In this document: positions 1-9,700 of the stretch, piece after piece
Position numbering within the stretch: position 1 is the stretch's first letter
Layout: each line of letters starts with the position of its first letter
Assembly (NCBI GenBank): GCA_945863035.1
Contig: CAMAZH010000006.1
Location: 2,264-66,263 of the forward strand
Direction of reading: 5' to 3'
Source of the DNA: Chitinophaga pinensis
GTDB lineage: Bacteria > Bacteroidota > Bacteroidia > Bacteroidales > GCA-2748055
Length of the DNA stretch: 64,000 nucleotides
Notes under the pieces: model-generated
What the model was told of the DNA's origin: nothing
Seen by the model: the letters and a program-made list of their open reading frames with translations, nothing else
Database searches by the model: none
Position numbers and translations under genes: made by a program

Positions 1-118
1 AAACGGGGCCCTGCAACTCCTTTCCCAACCGGCTTATGCCGAGACTGAAAGAAGTGCTGTAGGCCTGAGTAAACAATCGGCTCAGATCGTAGGAAACCTT
101 ATCGAAGTGACTCTTCAT
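1..118 (-). CDS. crtB: phytoene/squalene synthase family protein, N-terminal fragment (continues off the left edge)
   Basis: My translation of the minus strand from the ATG at 116-118 gives MKSHFDKVSYDLSRLFTQAYSTSFSLGISRLGKELQGPV. YSTSFSLG is the N-terminal signature of CrtB-type enzymes. The start overlaps the crtI stop as ATGA. Absent from the ORF track because it is truncated. Confidence 0.7.
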   Translation of the reverse strand, partial: MKSHFDKVSYDLSRLFTQAYSTSFSLGISRLGKELQGPV

Positions 119-1599
119 GATGATTGTTTTTTAAAGTATTTGTCTATTTCGGCAGCAACCACCTGTCCTGAAATAATGGTAGGCGGAACTCCGGGTCCGG
201 GAACGGTAAGCTGACCGGTATAAAACAGGTTTTTAAGTTTCGGGTTTCTCATTTTAGGCTTCAGAATGGCGGTCTGTAAAAGTGTGTTTGCCAAGCCATA
301 GGCATTTCCCTTGAAAGAATTGTAGTCTTCAATAAAGTCGTTATGTGCATAAGAGCGTTTGTAAACCACATGTTCGCCGATTTTCTGCTTTGTGATTTTC
401 TCCAGACGTTCTATCACTACTTTGTAATAATGCTCCCTGATGCTTTCGGTGTCATCGAGCCCCGGTGCCACAGGGATCAGAACAATAAGATTGTCGTGAC
501 CTTCAGGAGCCACGCCGGGATCGCTGATAGTGTTGCAGGAGACGTAAATAGCCGGTTTTGATGGCCATTTGGGGTTCTCGTATATTTCATCGGCATGGTT
601 CACAAAGTCCTCGTCGAAAAAGAGGTTGTGATGCAGGAGTCCGGTGAGTTTTTTGTTTATTCCCAAGTAAAAAAGCAGTGAGGAAGGAGCCATTACTCTT
701 TTGTCCCAGTACCTCTCGGAGTATTTGCGGAAACGCTCCGGGAGAAGGTGCTGCTCAACATGATGGTAGTCGGCCGAACCCACCACAGCTTCTGACAGGT
801 ATTCTTTCCCATCAACCAATAATCCCCTGGTTTCATGCTCGGTAGTTAAGATCTTTTCAACTTTTGAATTAAGGTAAAATTTTGCTCCTTGCTCTTCGGC
901 TACTTTTTTCATTGCCTCCACCACACTGTACATACCGCCCACGGGATACCAGGTACCGAGTTTGAGGTCGGCGTAGTTCATCAGGGTATAGAGGGCGGGG
1001 GTGTTTTGGGGAGTAGCGCCGAGAAAAATTACCGGAAATTCCAAAATCTGTCGAAGGCGTGGGTCTTTGAACTCCGCGTGAACATACGAAGTTACCGACT
1101 TGAAGAAGTCAAGCTTCAGGAGGCCTTTCATGAAATCCCAACGGAAAAGCTCCGTAATCGAGTTACCCGGGAGGTAAACAATTTTGTTGACCCCGATATC
1201 GTATTTGTATTCAGCCTTGTCGAGGAAGGTTTTAAGTTTTGCCGCACTGCCCCGCTCGATGTTCTCAAACGTCTGGTAGAGCTCATCCATATCGGCCGGA
1301 ACATCAACATATTCGTCAACTCCGAAGAACATCCTGTATCCCGGGGAAACCCGCTTGAGTTCGTACATATCGCTGACTGAATAGCCGAAGCGGTTAAAGA
1401 ATTTCTCAAACACATCGGGCATCCAGTACCAGGTAGGACCCATGTCGAAACGGTAGCCTTTGTCTTCGAACTTGCGGGCACGGCCTCCAGCCATGGCATT
1501 TTTCTCAAAAACGCTTACATCATAACCCATTTTTCCAAGAGTGGCTGCAGCAGAAAGCCCGGCGAATCCGGAACCTATTATACTAATTTTCTTTGACAT
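115..1599 (-). CDS. crtI: phytoene desaturase (FAD-dependent, CrtI family)
   Basis: 494 aa. N-terminal Rossmann motif IIGSGFAGLSAA...EKN...GGR, and length and C-terminus (TVPGPGVP) typical of CrtI. Translationally coupled to crtB. Confidence 0.88.
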   Translation of the reverse strand: MSKKISIIGSGFAGLSAAATLGKMGYDVSVFEKNAMAGGRARKFEDKGYRFDMGPTWYWMPDVFEKFFNRFGYSVSDMYELKRVSPGYRMFFGVDEYVDVPADMDELYQTFENIERGSAAKLKTFLDKAEYKYDIGVNKIVYLPGNSITELFRWDFMKGLLKLDFFKSVTSYVHAEFKDPRLRQILEFPVIFLGATPQNTPALYTLMNYADLKLGTWYPVGGMYSVVEAMKKVAEEQGAKFYLNSKVEKILTTEHETRGLLVDGKEYLSEAVVGSADYHHVEQHLLPERFRKYSERYWDKRVMAPSSLLFYLGINKKLTGLLHHNLFFDEDFVNHADEIYENPKWPSKPAIYVSCNTISDPGVAPEGHDNLIVLIPVAPGLDDTESIREHYYKVVIERLEKITKQKIGEHVVYKRSYAHNDFIEDYNSFKGNAYGLANTLLQTAILKPKMRNPKLKNLFYTGQLTVPGPGVPPTIISGQVVAAEIDKYFKKQSS

Positions 1600-1898
1600 A
1601 AGTCGTTTTTGGTTTTTAAGTGTATACCCCCCCTTTATGGTTACATTATTCCGTTGGGCGCAAAGTTCATTTAATTCGAAAAGAATTCATTACATTTATC
1701 GTAACTGCAACAATTGCTTCAACACAAGTCCTGAGCAATTAGGCCTTAGGGCACCAACAAACTCAAACCAGAAGGTTTTCCCTTTGAAAAAGAATCGACA
1801 AACTTGAAACGGAGGATATGATTCAAATTTAAACAACTAGATGACAGTAAACAAATCGCGAGTCTTTTTGTTTAATGTTTAACCTCATAAATTAAACG

Positions 1899-2543
1899 AT
1901 GCGTGCATTTACATCAAACAAGGAGTATTGGTTTACACTCATTATCGTACTGCTTTTTACAGCGGGATTAGCATTCCACCTTATCCCCTTTACCCTGCCG
2001 TATGTTCTTGCAATAACCGATATCACCATGCTGGCAACCAACAGCATTGTTTTGTATTTTATTTTAAGCAGTCAGAAGAACTATACCCTGCTCTACTGGA
2101 GCATAGGGACTTTTGTTCTTACGTTTCTGACGGAGCTCGTGGGAGTTGAGACCGGCAAGATTTTTGGGCAATATCATTATGGCGACACGATGCTGATTCA
2201 GTTATTTAATGTTCCGGTGGTGATCGGCATGAATTGGGTGATTCTGATGCTCGGCAGCTATTCTTTGTTGCAGTGGACCCGCATTAAAACGGTATTTGTA
2301 CCTTTTCTGAGCTCTCTTCTGATCGTGGGTTTTGATTTCGTCATGGAAGAGGTTGCCATGAGGCTCGACTACTGGCAATGGACCGGAGACAAAGTGCCAA
2401 TGCAGAATTATATTGCCTGGTTTTTTATTAGTTTATTTTTTAGCAGCATACTATCAATACTCAAAGTAAGAGTTCAAGACCGTATCCTCAGGGTTTATTT
2501 TCTGGTCCAGCTGGGGTTTTTCTTAGTTCTCAGGTTTTTTTAA
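1899..2543 (+). CDS. polytopic membrane 'carotenoid biosynthesis protein' (DUF422-like), function unassigned
   Basis: 214 aa, 6-7 hydrophobic helices, divergent from crtI-crtB. Family assignment is from memory of Bacteroidota carotenoid loci and is not verified. Confidence 0.55.
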   Translation: MRAFTSNKEYWFTLIIVLLFTAGLAFHLIPFTLPYVLAITDITMLATNSIVLYFILSSQKNYTLLYWSIGTFVLTFLTELVGVETGKIFGQYHYGDTMLIQLFNVPVVIGMNWVILMLGSYSLLQWTRIKTVFVPFLSSLLIVGFDFVMEEVAMRLDYWQWTGDKVPMQNYIAWFFISLFFSSILSILKVRVQDRILRVYFLVQLGFFLVLRFF

Positions 2544-2630
2544 GGATAAGCCGGAAGGCTGCAGTCTAAGCAAGCTTCGAAAAGCTGAGCAGAAATCAAA
2601 AAAATTGCAGTTGAGTGTCGAATTTTTTCA

Positions 2631-2638
2631 TAAATTTG
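2631..2638 (+). promoter_or_regulatory. Bacteroidota -7 promoter box TAAATTTG (TAnnTTTG)
   Basis: Exact TAnnTTTG match 22 nt upstream of the dtd ATG. Confidence 0.45.
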
Positions 2639-2659
2639 CTTTCCTTTTAAACAGTGGGT

Positions 2660-3112
2660 ATGCGTGCTGTAATTCAAAGAGTATCAAGAGCTTCAGTTAA
2701 ATGCTCCAGCGGGCATAGCGATGAAATCAGAACTGGCCTGTTGATATTTTTGGGGATTGAGGATTCGGACAACCGCGAAGATCTTGAATGGTTAAGCGGA
2801 AAGATCAGCAGGATTAGGATTTTTGACGATGGTGCAGGGATTATGAATTTGGGCTTAACGGAAGTGGAGGGGGAAGTGTTGGTTATTTCGCAGTTTACCT
2901 TGCACGCGAGTACCCGTAAAGGAAACCGACCCTCCTACAGTAAAGCCGCAGCCCCTGAGATTTCCGAGCCAATGTATAATGACTTTTTGAAACAGTTGGA
3001 AAAGGACGCCGGAATAATCGTCAAAAAAGGAGTTTTTGGCGATCATATGGAAGTGATACTGGTAAATGATGGTCCGGTTACGGTATTAATCGATAGTAAG
3101 AATAGAGAGTGA
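2660..3112 (+). CDS. dtd: D-aminoacyl-tRNA deacylase
   Basis: MRAVIQRVSRASV..., SQFTL and NDGPVT motifs. Start moved from the GTG at 2654 to the ATG at 2660. Confidence 0.9.
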   Translation: MRAVIQRVSRASVKCSSGHSDEIRTGLLIFLGIEDSDNREDLEWLSGKISRIRIFDDGAGIMNLGLTEVEGEVLVISQFTLHASTRKGNRPSYSKAAAPEISEPMYNDFLKQLEKDAGIIVKKGVFGDHMEVILVNDGPVTVLIDSKNRE

Positions 3113-3172
3113 TGGGGTGACGGAGTGACGGGGTGACGGAGTGATGACGTGACGGAGTGATGACGTGATGGG
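3109..3172 (+). repeat. tandem octanucleotide repeat, 8 units of GTGAYGRN
   Basis: Units read directly: GTGATGGG GTGACGGA GTGACGGG GTGACGGA GTGATGAC GTGACGGA GTGATGAC GTGATGGG. The first unit contains the dtd TGA stop. Confidence 0.9.
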
Positions 3173-3210
3173 CGCTGCCTTGAGCTTGTCGAAGGGGTGA
3201 TGAGGTTTGT

Positions 3211-3280
3211 TGTTGCTCTGGACTCAAACTCAAAACTGTTTTGTGTTTTCCTGTTGCTCGAGTCTCAAACTCAAAACTGT
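3211..3280 (+). repeat. two copies of a 29-nt direct repeat, TGTTGCTC-N4-CTCAAACTCAAAACTGT
   Basis: Copies at 3211-3239 and 3252-3280 differ only in the central 4 nt. The second ends 8 nt before the ATG at 3289. Confidence 0.85.
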
Positions 3281-3288
3281 AAATCGAC

Positions 3289-3615
3289 ATGACAATTGAA
3301 GAAGCCCAGAAGATAGTGGATCAGTGGATAGGCAAATTCGGGGTAAGGTATTTCAACGAGCTCACGAATATGGCGATCCTGACCGAAGAGGTTGGCGAGG
3401 TGGCAAGGATTATTTCCCGTACATACGGGGAACAGTCGTTCAAGCCCGGAGAGCACGGCCGGGAATTGGCAGATGAACTTGCCGACGTACTTTTTGTTTT
3501 GATATGTATAGCCAACCAGACCGGTGTGGATTTGTCCGCAGCTCTGGCAAGAAATTTGGAGAAGAAGACCAGCCGTGACAGCGATCGGCACAAGGAAAAT
3601 AAAAAAATACAGTAA
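3289..3615 (+). CDS. MazG-like nucleotide pyrophosphohydrolase (single-domain)
   Basis: 108 aa. EEVGEVAR...ELADELADVLF matches the MazG EExxE/ExxD helix pattern. Confidence 0.8.
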   Translation: MTIEEAQKIVDQWIGKFGVRYFNELTNMAILTEEVGEVARIISRTYGEQSFKPGEHGRELADELADVLFVLICIANQTGVDLSAALARNLEKKTSRDSDRHKENKKIQ

Positions 3616-3624
3616 CACCACACT

Positions 3625-4470
3625 ATGTTAAAATCGAATAACATTTCTGGCATCAACCAGAAGAAAATTAACGAAAAGATTGAGCAGATCTCGGAAAGGT
3701 CTTTCGATATCAGGGACAAGGCCATTCTGACCCATGTATTCAGCTTGATTGATTTGACCAGCCTTAACAGCAGCGATTCGGTTTCAAAAATCACGACCCT
3801 CGTTGGTAAGGTTAACGGCTTGAGCGAGAAGTTTCCCGATTTGCCAAATGTCGCTGCAATTTGCGTATTCCCAAACTTTGTTCCCGTGGTGAAATGCACT
3901 CTTACGGCGAAAAAAGTGAAGATCGCCTCGGTTGCGGCATCGTTCCCCTCCTCACAAACCTTTTTGGACATTAAACAATCGGAAGTGCAGAGAGTGGTTG
4001 CCGAGGGAGCCGATGAGGTTGATGTGGTTATATCGCTCGGGGAGTTTCTGGAAGGAAATTATAATCTTGTTTCGGATGAGATTAAGAAAATCAAAGAGGT
4101 TTGCGGTAACGCGCATCTGAAAGTTATTCTTGAGACCGGAAGCATTGACAGTCTTGAATTAATTAAAACAGCCTCCTTTCTGGCTATGGAGGCTGGGGCG
4201 GATTTTATCAAAACCTCAACCGGCAAACTTGATAAAGGCGCAAGCCCCGAGGCTGTCTGGGTAATGTGTGAAGCGATAAGGGAATACGCACAAAAAAGCG
4301 GCAGGGCTGTTGGAATCAAACCTGCCGGAGGCATTTCGGACATCAACACCTCCATTATTTATTATCTCATTATTAATGAAGTGCTAGGAAACGACTGGCT
4401 TAAACCCGAGCGTTTCCGTTTCGGCGCCAGCAAATTGGCGAATTTGCTTCTGGGAGAAAAGTATTTTTAA
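3625..4470 (+). CDS. deoC: deoxyribose-phosphate aldolase
   Basis: 281 aa. VAAICVFP, ADEVDVVI, LKVILETG and FIKTSTGK (Schiff-base Lys) motifs. Confidence 0.85.
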   Translation: MLKSNNISGINQKKINEKIEQISERSFDIRDKAILTHVFSLIDLTSLNSSDSVSKITTLVGKVNGLSEKFPDLPNVAAICVFPNFVPVVKCTLTAKKVKIASVAASFPSSQTFLDIKQSEVQRVVAEGADEVDVVISLGEFLEGNYNLVSDEIKKIKEVCGNAHLKVILETGSIDSLELIKTASFLAMEAGADFIKTSTGKLDKGASPEAVWVMCEAIREYAQKSGRAVGIKPAGGISDINTSIIYYLIINEVLGNDWLKPERFRFGASKLANLLLGEKYF

Positions 4471-4568
4471 ATCACCTCCCCTCCACCTGCTTACAAGGAG
4501 AGGGCAAACGATACAGTATAACCAAAAAACCCGAAGCTGTTGCGCAGGGGCTTGAAGATTAATCGCAT

Positions 4569-5369
4569 ATGCAAGATCTGACAAGGGATTCGGTACTTAT
4601 TCAAACAGGAGCATCTCATGATTCTCTTGCCTCGCCCCCCCCTGTATTTGTTGAAGTCAGACCGTCAAGGGACTCATCCTCCCCCGAAAATATTTATGCC
4701 AGAAACTACACTCGCGACGCTATTCCCGACTGGTATTTTATTTCTATCCTTCTAATACTGGCTGTAGTGGCTTGGCTGAGTATTGTTTATGCGAAATTTA
4801 TTAATTCCACCTGGGTTGCCTCCTACAACTTTCAAGCGGCGTCGAAGACCTTCAAAGACCGCGGGGTGGTTCAGAAAAGGTTTGGGTTTGGGCTCGACCT
4901 GATCTATCTGGTAAATGCTTCGCTTTTTATATTTGTCCTGAACCGCTTTGGGTTTCCTGTACTTTCCCACCTTGAAGGACCGGTTTTTGTGATTCAGGCA
5001 TTTGTTGCATTATCCCTTTTGGTTTTTCTCCGAATAACTGTGATGCGAATAATTGGATTCATTTTCGAGCGATCGGAACTTTTTCTGGAGTTTTTGTACC
5101 ACTTTTTTATTTACAATAAGGTAATCGGACTAGTACTTATACCCTTTCTTTTGGCCATTCCCTACACCCATGGAATATTGCAGGAAATCATTATATACAC
5201 TGGTGTTTCAGCGGCTATTGCAGTGTACATTATGCGCCTCTTCCGGGTGGCTGTTTATGTATTTAAACATGTTGTTTTGATTTTTTATTTGATTTTGTAC
5301 CTTTGTATCCTTGAAATATTACCCGTTTTGGTAATTATTAAGTTAGTGATTTCTTTGGCGCAGGTTTAA
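4569..5369 (+). CDS. DUF4271-like polytopic membrane protein
   Basis: 266 aa. Ser/Pro-rich N-terminus followed by about 6 TM helices. Sits upstream of hemD-rnpA, as in other Bacteroidota (from memory). Confidence 0.6.
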   Translation: MQDLTRDSVLIQTGASHDSLASPPPVFVEVRPSRDSSSPENIYARNYTRDAIPDWYFISILLILAVVAWLSIVYAKFINSTWVASYNFQAASKTFKDRGVVQKRFGFGLDLIYLVNASLFIFVLNRFGFPVLSHLEGPVFVIQAFVALSLLVFLRITVMRIIGFIFERSELFLEFLYHFFIYNKVIGLVLIPFLLAIPYTHGILQEIIIYTGVSAAIAVYIMRLFRVAVYVFKHVVLIFYLILYLCILEILPVLVIIKLVISLAQV

Positions 5370-5395
5370 AACAAACCATTTAAGTAGCGAGCTTT

Positions 5396-6157
5396 ATGAC
5401 AAAAATCAAGAGAATTTTGGTTTCCCAACCAAAACCGGAGTCTGAGAAACACCCCTATTCCGAACTTGCCGAAAAAAACAATTTAAAAATCGATTTCCGT
5501 CCATTTATCCAGGTGGAAGGTATTACGGTAAAAGACTTCAGGAAAACGCGTATTGATATACTGGCGCATGGGGCTGTTATTTTCAACAGTAAAACAGGTA
5601 TTGACCATTTCTTTCGACTGGCAGAAGAGCTGAGGGTCACTATCCCCGATGAGATGAAATACTTCTGCAGCTCGGAATCAATAGCCTTTTACCTTCAGAA
5701 GTACATCGTTTACCGCAAAAGAAAGATTTTTTATAGCGCAAGCGGCAATTTGCTGGACCTTACAGACATTTTCCTCAAGCATAAAGACGAGAACTATCTG
5801 GTTCCTATGTCGAGCGCACACAAAGATGAGATTCCTGTTTTGCTGGACAAGATAAAAATCAAGTACACCTCTGCAATTTTGTACAACACTGTTTGCAGCG
5901 ACCTTTCAGACTTGTCCGAAATCAACTACGACGTTCTTGTTTTTTTCAGCCCCTCAGGAATAAAATCACTAATGCAAAATTTCCCGGGATTCAAGCAAAA
6001 CGATATCAAGATTGCCACTTTCGGCACCACAACCGCGAAAGCTGCAACCGAAGCCGGCTTACGCCTGGATATCAGTGCTCCCCAGCCAAACGCACCGTCG
6101 ATGACTATGGCGCTTGAGCAATATATCAGGGAATACAACAAAAGCTGCAAGAAATAA
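5396..6157 (+). CDS. hemD: uroporphyrinogen-III synthase family protein
   Basis: 253 aa. ILVSQPKP... N-terminus and VFFSPSGI motif typical of Bacteroidota HemD-like proteins. Confidence 0.75.
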   Translation: MTKIKRILVSQPKPESEKHPYSELAEKNNLKIDFRPFIQVEGITVKDFRKTRIDILAHGAVIFNSKTGIDHFFRLAEELRVTIPDEMKYFCSSESIAFYLQKYIVYRKRKIFYSASGNLLDLTDIFLKHKDENYLVPMSSAHKDEIPVLLDKIKIKYTSAILYNTVCSDLSDLSEINYDVLVFFSPSGIKSLMQNFPGFKQNDIKIATFGTTTAKAATEAGLRLDISAPQPNAPSMTMALEQYIREYNKSCKK

Positions 6158-6200
6158 CAAGCTGCGGGAATCAGAATCACATTCCCGGGAGGCATCGCTT

Positions 6201-6611
6201 ATGAACCGAAACACATTGGGGTCAAACGAGCGACTCAAAAGCGAGAAATCCATAACCGCCTTATTTGAGACGGGTAAAATCCTGTCGGTATTTCCCGTAC
6301 GCTTGATATACAAGTTCCATCCCACAGCCGAGAAATTCCCTGTTAAGGTTGGATTTGCCGTTCCTAAGAAAAACTTCAAGCATGCGGTAGACCGTAATTT
6401 GCTTAAACGCAGGATGCGCGAAGCATACCGCCTTAACAAAAACCTTCTTGTAAAGGACGAAAAAGACCCCCTTCCCGGCCTTGATATAATGCTGATATAC
6501 CAGGGAAACAAACCGGAGGAGCTCGTAAAAATCACCTCATGCATCAAAGAGCTCCTAAAAAAACTATCCCTGAAAGTACCGGCTGTGAAAGAACGCTTAA
6601 ATCAGGAATAA
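6201..6611 (+). CDS. rnpA: ribonuclease P protein component
   Basis: LKSEKSITALFETGK... and AVDRNLLKRRMREAYR (RNR-like basic motif). Start moved to the ATG at 6201 to remove the overlap with hemD. Confidence 0.8.
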   Translation: MNRNTLGSNERLKSEKSITALFETGKILSVFPVRLIYKFHPTAEKFPVKVGFAVPKKNFKHAVDRNLLKRRMREAYRLNKNLLVKDEKDPLPGLDIMLIYQGNKPEELVKITSCIKELLKKLSLKVPAVKERLNQE

Positions 6612-6648
6612 TTGACCTGTCAGGGAGTCATCAAAGAATTAATCTGCA

Positions 6649-6677
6649 GTTCAGTACTTTATCTGAACCAATTTTTC
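6649..6677 (+). terminator. candidate intrinsic terminator after rnpA
   Basis: GTTCAG-8 nt loop-CTGAAC followed by CAATTTTT. The stem is short. Confidence 0.35.
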
Positions 6678-6685
6678 TAAATTTG
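6678..6685 (+). promoter_or_regulatory. -7 promoter box TAAATTTG
   Basis: Exact TAnnTTTG 27 nt upstream of the alpha-2-macroglobulin ATG. Confidence 0.45.
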
Positions 6686-6711
6686 ATTAATTCAAAAATA
6701 ACCTCATCCCC

Positions 6712-9700
6712 ATGAAGTCTCCCCTTTCCGTTTCCCTCAAAGGAATAGTACTATTCGCAGCAACAGTATTAATCCTGGTCAGTTGTTCGTCGCGAAAAGA
6801 CAAAACCCAATCAACAGCACCCTCCTACAATCCTGAGATTGCGGCCTTTACCTCGGGCGTAATTCCTTCCGAATCGGTTATCAGAGTACGCCTGTCAGCA
6901 GATTACCAGGGAGAGATCAATATGCAGGAACCGGTATCCGCGAAGCTTTTCGATTTTAAACCCTCTGTAGCCGGAGAGACTTTCTGGATCGACAGCCGAA
7001 CCTTGGAATTCCGCCCCGAAAAGAGTTTTCCCTCAGGTAAGGAGTATAAAGTCCTATTCCGGGTGACAAAACTTTTCCCAGGGAAAAAAGGAGCTCAGGA
7101 TTTTGAGTTCCCCATCAGTATTATTCCCATGGAAATTTCCGTTGAGTTCACGGGTCTCCGTACCCAGAGCCGCACCGATCTGGTATGGAACGAGATCCGG
7201 GGAGTTGTAAAAACCACCGATAATGCCAAGGGTGAAGAAATTGAGAAAACCATAATCGCCTCACAAAACGGTCAGCAACTTTCAGTAAGCTGGCTCCACG
7301 ATTCAAAAGGTGTATTGCATGAGTTTGTTATTGACAGCGTTATGCGTACCGAAAAAAAGGAGTTTGTTGAGCTGAGTTGGGATGGCAAATCCCTCGGAGT
7401 GAAAGATAAAGGAAGCATTACATACGAAATCCCTTCACTTACCGAATTCACCCTCCTCGAAACAAAGATCAATCAGCAACCAGAGCAATACATACAGCTC
7501 TCCTTTTCAGATCCTATCAAAACCGACCAGTATCTCAACGGACTTATAAGCTTGGGTAATTCTGTGAATTTGCGGTTCACAGTAGAGGATAACCTCATTC
7601 GGGTTTATCCTGAGATACGGCAGAGCGGAACCCTTCAACTGATCGTTGAACCGGGAATCAAGAATATTTTGGGCTTTGGCTTTCTGGAAAACCTTGAAGT
7701 CACCCTCAACTTCGAGGAGCTAAAACCCGCTGTACGACTGATCGGCCAGGGAGTAATTATGCCGCAGTCGGAAGGACTTACATTCCCCTTTGAGGCTGTA
7801 AACCTTAAAGCTGTGGAAGTTAAAGTGGTCAGGATTTTTGAGGATAATGTGGCACAATTTCTCCAGATTAACGATTTGGGAGGGCAAAGTGAGCTAAGAC
7901 GTACAGGCCGCCTGATTGCAAAAAAAACAATTATCCTGAGCTCCACCCGTCCGATCAATTACGGGGAATGGAACGCCTTTGCCATCGATCTGAGCGCACT
8001 GATCCAGGCCGAACCCGGCGCAATCTATCGGGTTGAGCTGGGCTTTCAAAAAAAACACTCCCTTTATAGCTGCGGGGAAGACGAGGCCGAAACCAATGAG
8101 TACCTTACAGAAACAGCCCCGGATGACAATACGGTCAGCGAAAACGACCTCGAATACTGGGACGCGAAGTATGGATACTACGGCTACGATTACGACGATT
8201 ACGATTATGACTACGACTGGGACGAGAGAGACAATCCCTGCTCGCAATCCTATTTTGGCAAAAGAAGAAACGCATCCCGCAACGTTTTGGCCTCAAACCT
8301 GGGAATTATCGCCAAAACAGGGAATGATAAGTCTATGGTTTTTGCTGTAACCGATCTGGTCAGTACAGAACCTCTGAGCGGAGTCTCCCTCGAGATCTAT
8401 AACTTCCAGCAACAACTCATTTCCACGCTGGTTACGGATAAAGATGGATTTGCGGAAATCAGCATTCCCGACCACCCCTTTCTACTTATCGCCAAAAAGG
8501 GCAGCCAGAGGGGATACCTGAAACTGTATGAGGGAGCATCCCTATCACTGAGTCAGTTTGACGTTTCGGGAAACGCGGTCAATAAGGGCATTAAAGGTTT
8601 TATCTATGGGGAAAGGGGTGTTTGGAGACCCGGCGATTCGCTTTATCTTAATTTTATTCTTGAAGACAAAGAAAAGGTACTACCCGAAAATCACCCGGTT
8701 AGCTTTGAACTGTTCGACTCCCGCGGTAAAATATATAAGAAAGCAAGCCTTACCGCTGGCCTCAACGGTTTCTACAGTTTTAAAACCAGCACCGATCCCG
8801 ATGCACCTACCGGAAACTGGAGACTTGAGGTAAAGGTGGGGGGATTGAGCTTCAGTTCGAGAATCAGGATTGAGACCGTTAAGCCAAACAGGCTTAAGAT
8901 TAAAATGGAGTTCCCTCAGGAGATGCTTTATGCTGATCCAACAAAAAACAAAGCCAACCTGCAGGTAAACTGGCTGCATGGAGCTCCCGCCTCGAACCTG
9001 GAAGCAAGGGTTTCTGTGAATTTTTCGGTTATGGAAACGAAATTCAAGGGATATGAAGAGTACTATTTCAACGATCCCACAAAAGAGTTTTCTCCCGGCG
9101 AGCGCGAAATATTTAACAGCAAGCTCAATGAAAAGGGAGCCGCTTCATTCACACCGGAGTTCTTTGTAAAAGGCACCAGCCCCGGTATGTTGCGGGCAAC
9201 CTTCACCAGTCGCTGTTTTGAGAAAGGCGGTGACTTCAGCATTGACCAGTTCTCTATACCTTTCTCTCCTTACAATTATTACGTGGGAGTAAAGGCACCT
9301 TCGGGCGAAAGACATCAGATGCTCTTAACCGATACGCTACAAACCTTTGAAATTATTAGTTTGGATGAGTCCGGAAAACCTGTTGATCTTAAAGGACTTG
9401 AAATAAACGTCTATAAACTGGATTGGAGATGGTGGTGGCACTCCTCGGGTGAGAATTTAGCTTCTTACGCTGCAAGTTCGTATAACAAACCCGTATTTCG
9501 GAAAACTGTTGATACAAAAGGGGGTAAAGCCAACTTTGGGTTTAGCATTGCATATCCTGACTGGGGGCGTTTTTTGGTACGGGTAAATGACCCAAAAGGT
9601 CTTCATTCGAGCGGAAAGATCTTGTATTTCGATTGGCCCGGATGGGTTAGCAGAGGCTCGAGGAAAGACCCCCAATCGGCGAGTATTTTGTCGCTTAGCG

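Noticed and set aside
3109-3172. Possible CRISPR array
   Set aside because: The units are 8 nt and directly abutting with no spacers, and no cas genes lie nearby. It is a microsatellite-like tandem repeat.
3078-3290. 70-aa minus-strand ORF (…HHVITPSRHHSVTPSLRHPITL…)
   Set aside because: Its periodic sequence is just the reverse translation of the 8-nt tandem repeat. It also overlaps the end of dtd and the start of the mazG-like gene, and has no independent coding signal.
4471-4568. Possible terminator hairpin after deoC (CCTCCCCTCC…GGAGAGGG)
   Set aside because: The arms pair only with a mismatch or bulge and there is no T-run, so this is not convincing.
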